Source: Eledone cirrhosa (Eukaryota). From it: a stretch of 64,000 nt of DNA. Made by a program: the position numbers and the translations under genes. The notes beneath the pieces are model-generated. The model made no database searches. It was not told the DNA's origin and saw only the letters and a list, made by a program, of their open reading frames with translations. The stretch spans positions 344,782,001 to 344,846,000 of the forward strand of contig OZ024743.1 of assembly GCA_964016885.1 (NCBI GenBank). The letters run 5' to 3'. This document shows positions 36,209 through 47,726 of the stretch, piece by piece; position 1 is the first letter of the stretch; each line of letters begins with the position of its first letter.

Positions 36209-37993
36209 ATGGCCGAAGCTTCTTCACCAAAATTCGAAGGAGGAAAGGGGAAGATGAACTTACAGCTTCCCCCTGCCACTGTCACAGTAGCAGAGGTCAA
36301 GAAGAAAGGTCAGCCAGAGGAAGAATTCTCTCCACCTGTTAACCGACAACTTGACGTTGCCATGGCAACAACCCAAAGAACCAGCAGCAACAACAACAAC
36401 AATGCGACGGACGAAAACAACACCAATAACAATAACAATAACAACAAGAAGACCAATAACGGTGACAACAACAACAATGATAACAACAACACCACCAACG
36501 ACAACAACAACACAAACAAACAAAATTTCTCCTTCGCCGAGACGACAAGGAAAACCCTCGACTATCTGCCAGTAGATATAACAAAAGCGAAGGAGCTACT
36601 GGCGGATGCGAAAAAATATATAGTGTACGGGGAAAATGGTTCATTCACAATCCATTCCCCCCCGGAACTAAAAAGCCAGAGACTCCTAAACACGGTCATG
36701 TTTAGGACAATCTCGAACAAAAGTAAAAAACCAGCTCAACCATCACAGAGCGAGATAGAGCTGGTTTTAAAAGACGTCATGAAGGACATCACCTTCATTC
36801 AAAAGGATAGACTCTACGGGAGTCTATCCATTCTCATGAAGGACAGGGACACAGCAGTGAAACTGTCCATCAAACCAATCACATCCACCGCATACACCTT
36901 CTACCCTACGTACATGGGTAGAAGAACACAAAAAATAAAAATCCACACCATCCTGCCGATTATGGACATATGGTGGGTTTTGACAGGTTTTCTGGACCTG
37001 CAGGATGACATGCTGGTGTCCATGGGAAAGGCATCGGGTGACGCGTTCAGTGGAACGAGCCTCGAACTTGTAGTTCAAATGAGGCCCGAAAGGATCGCCC
37101 AGATCCCTGAACGCGTCATACTGGATGATCTAACCTTCATCAACATTACCGTTGAGGGTAGACGGCCCTCGTGTTACCTCTGCGGAACCAGAGGTCACCT
37201 GAGGGCTGTCTGTCCCCAACTTAATAAGAAAACCCCAATCCTGCCTACACCACCAACAACTGCACAACCAACACAATCACCACAACTACCACTACAAAAA
37301 CAACCACCACAGCTCAAACCAAAACAAAACAATGTCCAACCCATCCCCTCAACTCAAAAAACAAAAACAATTTCCAAAACACCCGTACCGCAAACACAAC
37401 CCGAAAATATACCCCTCCCCTCCAACGCGGAAGATGACCCTAGTTCGTCGTCAGACGAGGAGGAGCATTTCCACACAATCAAAAGAAAAAAAAGAAAACA
37501 CACCTCAGACACACAAATGAAAAAAAACCCTCCCCAAAACATAACACTGACACCAACACAAAAGAGCTCACAACAACAGCAAACAAAAAACACCACACAA
37601 AAACAAAAACATGCATACACATACATAAATACAAGAAACAAAAAACTGTTAAACATTGTGTACAACAACAATCTAATAAAAACACAAGGGCCTAACTTCA
37701 CCCAGGCAGGGGATTTCCCCCATCTCAAAATGATTAAGGCCCCACAGGACACCTATAAAACTTTAAAAAACAATTTTAAAGAGGACGTGGGTCCCCCCTG
37801 CGTCGGGCCCATTAACCGCGTCCTCCTAAAAAACTATCCCACCCCTTCCCCAAACACCCACACAACTCCAAGCTCCCCAACCACACAACACACTGATGCC
37901 CCCACACTTCCACAAACCACCACCCCACCCAACAACCCATCCCCCACCCTAATGGAAATTGTGCAGCCCGATACCCGGGACGCAGAGAGGTAA
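36209..37993 (+). CDS. ORF1 protein (594 aa): Asn-rich N-terminus, CCHC zinc knuckle, Pro/Thr/Gln-rich region, basic NLS-like motif
   Basis: Uninterrupted ORF with CYLCGTRGHLRAVC and KRKKRK, upstream of ORF2. Confidence 0.92.
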   Translation: MAEASSPKFEGGKGKMNLQLPPATVTVAEVKKKGQPEEEFSPPVNRQLDVAMATTQRTSSNNNNNATDENNTNNNNNNNKKTNNGDNNNNDNNNTTNDNNNTNKQNFSFAETTRKTLDYLPVDITKAKELLADAKKYIVYGENGSFTIHSPPELKSQRLLNTVMFRTISNKSKKPAQPSQSEIELVLKDVMKDITFIQKDRLYGSLSILMKDRDTAVKLSIKPITSTAYTFYPTYMGRRTQKIKIHTILPIMDIWWVLTGFLDLQDDMLVSMGKASGDAFSGTSLELVVQMRPERIAQIPERVILDDLTFINITVEGRRPSCYLCGTRGHLRAVCPQLNKKTPILPTPPTTAQPTQSPQLPLQKQPPQLKPKQNNVQPIPSTQKTKTISKTPVPQTQPENIPLPSNAEDDPSSSSDEEEHFHTIKRKKRKHTSDTQMKKNPPQNITLTPTQKSSQQQQTKNTTQKQKHAYTYINTRNKKLLNIVYNNNLIKTQGPNFTQAGDFPHLKMIKAPQDTYKTLKNNFKEDVGPPCVGPINRVLLKNYPTPSPNTHTTPSSPTTQHTDAPTLPQTTTPPNNPSPTLMEIVQPDTRDAER

Positions 37994-38017
37994 GTGCCTT
38001 TTCTCTTCACCACCAAC

Positions 38018-41000
38018 ATGGCTGTGCTAAGAGTAGGCTGTTTAAATGCGCGTGGCCTGGGCTCAACTTGGAAGCAAGCAATGCTTCTAAATGACCTCAG
38101 GTCACAACGTATAGATGTGATGGTTATTTGCGAGGCCCGGATCAGCAACGTGCGACAGCTGGCCCCCACCTTTGATGACTTTGAGATGCACGCATCTCTC
38201 TGTCAGCCCGGAGGTGGGGGTGGAGTTGTCGTTCTGCTGCAAAAACATCTGGGTCTCGCAACACAGATGGTACATTTGGACCCGGAGGGTCGACTAGTGG
38301 TTCTGGACCTTGGCAGTGGTAAAGGCGGAGCGTTTAGGTTGGTAGCCGCCTACGGCCCTTTCGGGTCAATGCGGCCGGACTTCTTCCATCGTCTGGAGAG
38401 TTTTCTAGGGAAGTCCCGCTCCTTGCTATTAGTGGGGGACTGGAATGGTATCCTAGATGCACGCTGGGACTACGTAGGGGCCTGCCCCGATAGAGAGGGG
38501 TGTAATAGCCGCAAAGGGTTAATCGGTCGATTTGACCTGGCCGATAGATATCGACTAGATTTTCCGACTGCGCCAACCTGGACTTGGGCAAATCGTAGCG
38601 GATCATCTAGGTCGTACCTAGATAGGTTCTTAGTTAGAATTAAGGATAAGGACTTTTTAAGTTGTCCAAAAATGCGCATGGTTGGCTATTCAGACCACAA
38701 ATTAGTGACCTGCATGGTCAACCTTGACAAAACTCATAGACAGGGCCCCGGTTACTGGAAGCTCAACTTGTCCTTGCCGGCAAGTAGAGCCTACAGGAAT
38801 CGGATTAGTACGTTAGTTAAGGAACGGTTGACTGGAGCGATCGTCAACAGCAGGTGGTGGGTATCTCTAAAGAGAGAGATTAGAGTAGTCTCGATAGAAT
38901 TTAGTAAGGTTCTAGCTGCGGATAGGAATAGGAAGGAAAGGGAGCTAATAGATAGAGTAGAAGAGGCAATTAGAAGCGGCGACGTGGCCAGAGTGCTAGC
39001 GTCGAGAACGGCTTTGAGCCAGTTTTTCGACGCGAAGCACGAAGGCTGCGTTGTCCGAAGTAAAATACGTGCTCTAGGGAACGAGGGGACCAAAGCTGTT
39101 AGCTGGGCCCGCGCGACAGAGGCCAACAGTGGAACTAAATCCACCATCCGGTCTTTGCGAGACCTGGATGGACGGGCGATTCTTGAGCCTAAGCAGATGT
39201 GTGAGGCCTTTCAAAGGCACTTTGCCCGACTGTTCGGGAGGGGCGGGGAGCCGGTTGGGAACGTGGTCCATACCTCGACGGCCTGCCGCGCCTCTCGGAC
39301 AGGGAGGCGAAGTCCTGCGAGGAGCCGATTTCGGCCGCTGAGATAGATGAGGTGCTGAGCCAATGCGGCAAACGCAAATCCCCGGGTCTCGATGGTCTTC
39401 CTTACGAATTATATCTAGCTATGCCGGACTTGTTCCCCGATCTCCTCGAGGCGGTCTACTGCAACTGGCAACAGAACGGGAGAATTCCCTGTACTGTGAC
39501 CAAGGGCGTAGTCACGCTAGTGAGGAAGGACGAGAACAAGGGGGACGAAATAAGTAACTTCAGGCCCATAACTCTGCTAAATACAGAGTTACAGATTTTG
39601 GCCAAGGTGCTAGCAAAGAGGTTGGCGCTTATCGTGGGCAACCTGGTGGGAGATGCGCAGACATGCGCTATCCCGTCCAGGTCCATCCATGACAACCTCC
39701 ACCTCATGCGATACATCATAGAGAGGGTTGGGAACGAACCCGGCTTTGGTGGGGCTCTGATCAACTTGGATCAATCTAAGGCGTTCGATAGGGTCGACCA
39801 TGGTTACCTGGATGCGGTGCTAGCGGCGGCAGGCTTCGAACCCGTTTTCAGGGGCTGGATCACTGCTATGCACAGCAGCCGCATCTGCTCTAGGGTCAAG
39901 GTGAACGGCTACCTCTCGGAGCCGTTCAAAATCGCGCGGTCCAACCGACAAGGGTGCCCTCTCTCCTCCCTTCTGTATGTGTTGACTCTCGAGCCACTAC
40001 TGCGGAAGTTGGAGTTGTTGCAGGGCATCCCTTTGGAACCGGGATTGCGGAAAGCGGTGTCGGCCTACGCCGATGACGTGACAGTAATGGTGTCGACGGC
40101 CTCCGAAATCGAGGCGGTCGGTACCTTATTGGAGGAGTACGAAAAGTTCACAGGGGCTAAGCTGAACCGGGACAAGTCGATCGGTTTGCAACTCGGCACG
40201 TGGAGGGGTAAACCGATGCCCTCCGATGGCGTCGTCGGACGCTGGACGGAGGGCCCGGTGAAGTTGCTCGGGGTCTGGTTCGGACCGGACCTCCAGGTGG
40301 AGAGAAACTGGGCGGAGGTTACGAACAGGGTGTTTGCACTGACCCAGAAGTGGGCCAGTTGCAAACTATCTCTGAAAGGTCGGGCGGAGGTGGCGAACAC
40401 CTACATAGCGTCCGTCATCTACTACCGCCTGACCGTAGTGCCCTGCCCAAGGGAAACCCTCACCAAGATGGAGCGCGCGCTCTTCCAATTCCTTTGGAAG
40501 CGGCGGGCTCCTATGGTGGGGAGATCCATCTGCTGTCAACACCCTTCGAAAGGAGGGCCAGGGATGCCGTGGCTATGATGCGTAAACACGCATTAAGGCT
40601 ACGGCACCTCTACGTATTCCTCACCGGACAACCGGTGTGGGCCTCGTTTGTGAGACGAACCTTTCCCAGACTCGTCTCACTCACCGAGCTGCAATCCTGG
40701 GTCAAGCAAAGACCGAGAAAACTGGGTGCCTGGCACGCAGCAGGTGCGACGACGCCCTCGGAGAAGCCCTAGACATGGAGGAGGACGAACTGGCCAGCCT
40801 GTTCGGTAGGACATTCAGCCCGGGACCTATGGACAACTTCCAGAAGTCCCTGGCCTGGCAGTACTACCGAGGGGCTTTACCCGTTCGAGAAAGGCTCTAC
40901 AGACACGGGCGCCCGGGTAGGGACCCCGCCAAAAAGATCTGTCCCAGATGCGTGTGCGACGAGGAAACCGTTGCACACGCATTGGTACACTGCTCGGGCG

Positions 41001-41356
41001 TAGCCGATCTGTGGGGCTATGTCGAACAACTGCTGTCAAGGGTGGGACCGATCCGGTTGACCACCGAGTCTATTGTAATGATCAAGCCGCCTCCCCCCTT
41101 CAAAGATGAAGCAGAGGCGGTGTTTCTGTGCGTAATAGCCATGGCGAAAGAGGTTGTATGGTGGACGCGTCTGAAAGGACTGAGGTCAGGCACCTTTCTC
41201 TCTGGCCAACAACTGGTCCGTTTCTTCCGATATCATTTCGGAAGAAGGATCAGGATGGAGAGAGAGGTGCTGCACCCCAGTCGTTTTTATGAAAGGTGGG
41301 TGAAAGTGGCGAGAATGGCCCGTGTGAATGGGCCTTCTCTTTACATAAGCCTGTAG
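38018..41356 (+). pseudogene. ORF2 of copy C, three indels
   Basis: ORFs 37994-39346, 39352-40578 and 40637-41356. Confidence 0.92.
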
Positions 41357-41620
41357 GTAGAGAAGAGGAAGGAACGAGGGAGCACCCCCTCTCTGTGCTC
41401 CTGAGGAAAAGGGTTGCACACTTTTTTCGGGGGTGTGTGCGACCCCCCAAGGCGCCTCCTCTCTATTGAGGATTTTGTTATAAATTTTATTTTTTGTTAT
41501 ATCTTATTTTATTTTTATATTTTGTTATTGCCTCCTCCTTATTGAGGACGCCTTTTTGTGTAAACTCCCCCCATTGTACTTGTCCCACTTTTGATGCCCT
41601 AGTGGCAAATAAAAGAAACA

Positions 41621-41680
<60 letters not shown>

Positions 41681-41684
41681 GTCC

Positions 41685-42817
41685 ATGCGTAAACACGCAT
41701 TAAGGCTACGGCACCTCTACGTATTCCTCACCGGACAACCGGTGTGGGCCTCGTTTGTGAGACGAACCTTTCCCAGACTCGTCTCACTCACTGAGCTGCA
41801 ATCCTGGGTCAAGCAAAGACCGAGAAAACTGGGCGCCTGGCACACTGAGTGTGCCCAGGCGCTCACCGCCCTCTGGCAGGCGGATCCGGTTATCAGTGGA
41901 GACTCCACCGCAACATTCTATAGAGGGCTGGTACGCAGCAGGTGCGACGACGCCCTCGGAGAAGCCCTAGACATAGAAGAGGACGAACTGGCCAGCCTGT
42001 TCGGTAGGACATTCAGCCCGGGACCTATGGACAACTTCCAGAAGTCCCTGGCCTGGCAGTGCTACCGAGGGGCTTTACCCGTTCGAGAAAGGCTCTACAG
42101 ACACGGGCGCCCGGGTAGGGACCCCGCCAAAAAGATCTGTCCCAGATGCGTGTGCGACGAGGAAACCGTTGCACACGCATTGGTACACTGCTCGGGCGTA
42201 GCCGATCTGTGGGGCTATGTCGAACAACTGCTGTCAAGGGTGGGACCGATCCGGTTGACCACCGAGTCTATTGTAATGATCAAGCCGCCTCCCCCCTTCA
42301 AAGATGAAGCAGAGGCGGTGTTTCTGTGCGTAATAGCCATGGCGAAAGAGGTTGTATGGTGGACGCGTCTGAAAGGACTGAGGTCAGGCACCTTTCTCTC
42401 TGGCCAACAACTGGTCCGTTTCTTCCGATATCATTTCGGAAGAAGGATCAGGATGGAGAGAGAGGTGCTGCACCCCAGCCGTTTCTATGAAAGATGGGTG
42501 AAAGTGGCGAGAATGGCCCGTGTGAATGGGCCTTCACTCTACATCAGACTATAGGTGAGGAAGATGAAAGACCAAGGGAGCACCCCTTCTCTGTGCTCCT
42601 GAGGAGAAGGGTTGCACACTTTTTTCGGGGGTGTGTGCGACCCCCAAGGCGCCTCCTCTCTATTGAGGATTTTGTTAAAAATTTTATTTTTTGTTATATC
42701 CTATTTTATTTTTATATTTTGTTATTGCCTCCTCCTTATTGAGGACGCCTTTTTGTGTAAACTCCCCCCTTTGTACTTGTCCCATTTTTGATGCCCTAGT
42801 GGCAAATAAAAGAAACA

Positions 42818-42902
<85 letters not shown>

Positions 42903-42925
42903 GTCTATCTATCTGTCTATCTATA
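41685..42925 (+). mobile_element. L1/Tx1 LINE copy D, 5'-truncated, (ATCT)n tail
   Basis: Starts at atgcgtaaacacgcat after (TATC)n+gtcc; encodes the last 289 aa of ORF2 plus the 3'UTR. Confidence 0.95.
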
Positions 42926-43136
42926 TGTGTATCTCTCTGTCTGTTTGTCGGCCTCGCTCTCTTTCTATATATATATGTATAGTCACATACTCACAGAGAT
43001 ACTCACATACACACACCAGGAACACGGACATACACACACACATATATGTAGTTCATATGTACGAGTAGCTATAAAGGCACATACATCATTGTCATTTTCA
43101 TGTTTCCCTTTACCCTCTCTCTCTCCCCACTCTCTT

Positions 43137-43309
<173 letters not shown>

Positions 43310-43377
43310 ATATATATTTATATATAACGATTGTGTCGTTATTTCTGTGTACCTATTACACACACACACACACACAG

Positions 43378-43408
<31 letters not shown>

Positions 43409-43729
43409 CATATATACATGTAAACATACATACATACAAACACACACACTCACACACACATATCTCTATATATATACATATGTATACTTGGTTTCTTGAA
43501 TTTGTATGACCCTCCCAAAGAATAGCAATATATATATATACGTATTAGCATTTCATTGCTGACACCATCACTAATATATCTCCTGTCATATCTATAGACA
43601 TAAATTTGGTCTAATCATCTGTGTGAACACGTGATACCTTTGCACTTCCACACATAGTGATATATGCATACATACAAACATATATACACTACGTACACTA
43701 ACACACACATACAAACCCACTTAGAAGTG

Positions 43730-43817
<88 letters not shown>

Positions 43818-43819
43818 TT

Positions 43820-43885
<66 letters not shown>

Positions 43886-43887
43886 TT

Positions 43888-43951
<64 letters not shown>

Positions 43952-43973
43952 TTTATATATATATATATACATA

Positions 43974-44131
<158 letters not shown>

Positions 44132-44524
44132 TGTATGTTTGTGTGTGAGTGTAAAATATGTTTCTTCTTGTTTATCACCTCAGTTTTATTTTGGTATTTT
44201 GCCATATATTTCGGCCATATTGGCATGCCTTGGGACACATGTTGAATTCCAATGTTTTCTGGAAGTTAGGAGAGAATGTTTGTTAAAGTTTTTGTGTTTA
44301 TTTGCCGCAGATCGTTTCTTTTCTCGATACCATCGAGATATGTGTGCACCACCGACATACAAAGACGCATACACAGAGACTTACATAATCACACACACAC
44401 ACACATGCACAGGCATATATATATATATATATATATATGTAAAAGGTTAACAGAAATAATAACGCAATCGGTATAGTATTTGGAAGGAATATATTAGGTT
44501 AACGCTTGAAATACCAAGAAGATG

Positions 44525-44562
44525 ATCTTAACGTTTCGCACTCCAGTCCTTCATCAGAAGAA
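44525..44562 (-). ncRNA. Minimal hammerhead ribozyme (same family as 22972)
   Basis: Minus strand tctt-CTGATGA-aggactggagtgc-GAAAC-GTT-aaga; stem II carries a mismatch. Confidence 0.6.
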
Positions 44563-44756
44563 AGAATGAGAAATGAGAAATTAGAAAGATTAAAGGTGCG
44601 GGCGTGGAGGAATTGAAAAATGTTATTAGAGAAAAATAAATGGTCCATTCATGTTGCCATCTCTTGGAAAACTGTTGATGCTAGCGTTTTATGTGTGATA
44701 TACATACGTACATATATACATATATATATATATACGTACATACATGTATACATACA

Positions 44757-44848
<92 letters not shown>

Positions 44849-44854
<6 letters not shown>

Positions 44855-45092
44855 TATAAATGTAAGCTATCACCGTATTTTGACTAAAGAAATTAAAGAA
44901 AATTATTTAGCCTGATAGTGGGGTTAAGAACCCTCGGATAAATGGAAAAAGATGAGTATTGACGTACATCAATGTACGTCAATACTCATCTATTTCCATT
45001 TATCCGAGGCTTCTTAACCCCACTATCAGGCTAAATAATTTTCTTTAATTTCTTTAGTCAAAATACGGCGATAGCTTACATTTATAATTTCA
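44849..45092. repeat. 244-bp near-perfect fold-back palindrome
   Basis: tgaaattataaatgtaagctatc...gacgtacat-ca-atgtacgtc...gatagcttacatttataatttca, abutting (TA)n on the left. Confidence 0.9.
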
Positions 45093-45624
45093 AAACTCGC
45101 TCGCTGTTTCGAAAATATTCTTACTTGATATATATAACCATAACACCCCGGTGGGCACGCAGTATGAACAAACATCTGTGAACCAAATGTACACCGCAGA
45201 CCATACTCGAACAAACATTAGTGAAGCAACATCCACTAAATAATAAATGGACACTCCAGACCCGACCTGTACTGGCACTAGTGGAACAAAACACATAATA
45301 TAAAGCTGCTAAACACCAGCATATGAACGGGCATTAAAATCCACATGGGATTGCTTGAACACCGGTCAGAGAGACTCCCCCTGCTCTGTGATAATAAAAA
45401 AACACATGCACAGAGAGGAAAATGAATGATAATGTTAATTTAACCGTAAATTCCCTCCTGGGTCCTATATTGAACATTATTTTGCTTTCCATGCCCTTGA
45501 TAAGTCCGCTCAGGGCGAAACGTACGTAGGTGAACAATTATATAAACATGTTTTAACGGTTTTAAACTGTTTGTATTCATTTCATTTATATATATATATA
45601 TAAGAAAATAAGAAAATTATAAAA

Positions 45625-46525
45625 AAATTTTCAATGTCTTGGAACTTAGTCCACGCTTTGCTTTTTCTATCCACTGAATTATTTTTGTATAAGTTCCCTG
45701 TGTCCACGCATTGCCTGGGAACTTATCTAAGAATAGACTTCCCTGATGACGAAAGGATTTTCTCCATGTTATTCCATTCGGAAACCATGTTTATTCCCTT
45801 TCAGAAACTAATTAGTTGGAGTGAAATTTTAGTAAGTAAGTTAATTTTTATAATTTTCTTATTTTACGTCTTTCATATTATTGTTCTGCATACCCTTGCA
45901 TTGAACCACAAAGTTACTAAGACAAAACCTATATATTTGCTAGCATAGGTATGCATCTGTATATATATGTTGGTAGATATACTAATTCTTTATAATTATC
46001 TCCAAATTATTTTGTTGAGCAAAAATTTACCAAACTGCTACTATAGTTCATAGTAATGGTTCGGCGGCTGTCTTATTAACACACCACTCCTCACTGATTA
46101 ACCTCGATGTCACGTGATTGATTCTTTTGAATTTGCCACCGACCAAGTAGGCAGTGATTTTTTCAATGTCTTGGAACTCAGTCCACGTTTTGCTTTTTTC
46201 CATCCACTGAAATATTTTTGTATAAATTCCCTGTGTCCACGCATTGCCTGAGAACTTAGCTGAGAATAGACTTCCCTGATGACGAAAGGATTTTCTCCAT
46301 GTTGTTCCATTCGGAAACCATGTTTATTCCCTTTCAGAAACTAATTAGTTGGAGTGAAATTTTAGTAAGTAAGTTAATTTTTATAATTTTCTTATTTTAC
46401 GTCTTTCATATTATTGTTCTGCATCCTCTTGCATTGACCTACAAAGTTACTAAGACAAAACCTATATATTTGCTAGCATAGGTATGCATCTGTATATATA
46501 TGTTGGTAGATATACTAATTCTTTA
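45625..46525 (+). repeat. ~370-bp direct repeat pair, 533 bp apart
   Basis: 45625-45995 vs 46158-46525; both translate to MLFHSETMFIPFQKLISWSEIL... Confidence 0.9.
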
Positions 46526-46540
46526 TATATATATATACTC

Positions 46541-46585
<45 letters not shown>

Positions 46586-46659
46586 TGCGTGTATATTATA
46601 TTATATCACATATTATATTATATATTATAATATAAAATACTATGTCACATTATATTACA

Positions 46660-47114
46660 CTAGCCGAAAAACCACCCTTCGAGTGGTTTTTCTGCTGGCA
46701 TGTGTAGTGTGTATATTGATATTATACGCAGGTATATATACATGTAGATTGATACATCAAATAAAATCGTAATTGACAATATATAATACATAGAAATTGA
46801 ACGAAGACTGCGTAACACTGTCTTATTTAATCAGTATCGTAATTAATGATACATTATATATAAACTGCATTAGGAGAATATTAGTACGTTTATTTAAGCG
46901 ATGGCCAACCGGAAGTATTGACATTTCAGAAATTTTAAAGAAGTGAATCTTTAAATAAGAAAAATATATTTAATCAACAGCCACGAAATTTAGTAGATAA
47001 ATTATGTAATATTCATTAATTATTTATTCAAAGTAATCCAACTTATTTTACAAACGGGATATAAAAAAAATAACCGTACGCAATCCCGCAGACCTTCCTT
47101 TATTATAGTTTAGA
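46660..47114 (-). mobile_element. Non-autonomous Helitron
   Basis: Minus strand: A|TCTAAACTATAATAAAGG ... hairpin aaaaaccac-tcgaagg-gtggttttt, then cgg-CTAG|T. No TSD; lies within (ATTAT)n. Confidence 0.7.
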
Positions 47115-47292
47115 TTATATCATAATATATTATATTATACAATACCATGTTATATTATATTATCTCATATTATATTATATTATATTATATTATATTATAT
47201 TATATTATATTATATTATATTATATTATATCATATTATATTATATTACATCATATTATATTATATTATATTATATTACATTATATTATATTC
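47115..47292. repeat. (ATTAT)n pentanucleotide microsatellite
   Basis: Directly visible; remnants continue between the downstream insertions. Confidence 0.95.
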
Positions 47293-47726
47293 TACTCTAA
47301 TAGTGACACAGTGCCATCAAAATTGTATGTTAAACGTTATTAAATATGTTTGACTTTTGGTAAGGAAATGGTCTTAATGGAATAAAGATTCAATAAAACT
47401 TTGATGTTTTCTATTATTATTGTTGAATAAGTTTCTAATACAAAAACATATTACCAATAGCAAATTAATATATAAAAAATAGAGAGGAATCTATTTTATT
47501 AAGATATTTATTAAAATTGAAGCATAAAGAGAATAGGCTCCAATAAGCTAGCGTGTTATAATAACAATATATTCCTAATATAATTTAATAAAAAGATACA
47601 CACATTACATATGCAAATAAATATATAAGTATACAAATACACGTTGTTTATTTTTATGATTGATAATATTATATTATACTATATTATGTTTTATTATATT
47701 GTTATGTTTTATATATATATTAATAT

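Larger units (their letters stand above)
35989..41680 (+). mobile_element. L1/Tx1 LINE copy C (full length; ORF1 intact, ORF2 disrupted)
   Basis: ORF2 has 7-, 1- and 91-bp deletions relative to A; (ATCT)n tail. Confidence 0.97.

Noticed and set aside
45126-45385. Possible minus-strand exon (acceptor-like ttattatcacag, donor-like gtaaga, CPPGCYG peptide)
   Set aside because: The frame containing CPPGCYG has internal stops, and the segment is contiguous with a dispersed repeat homologous to 2990-3135.
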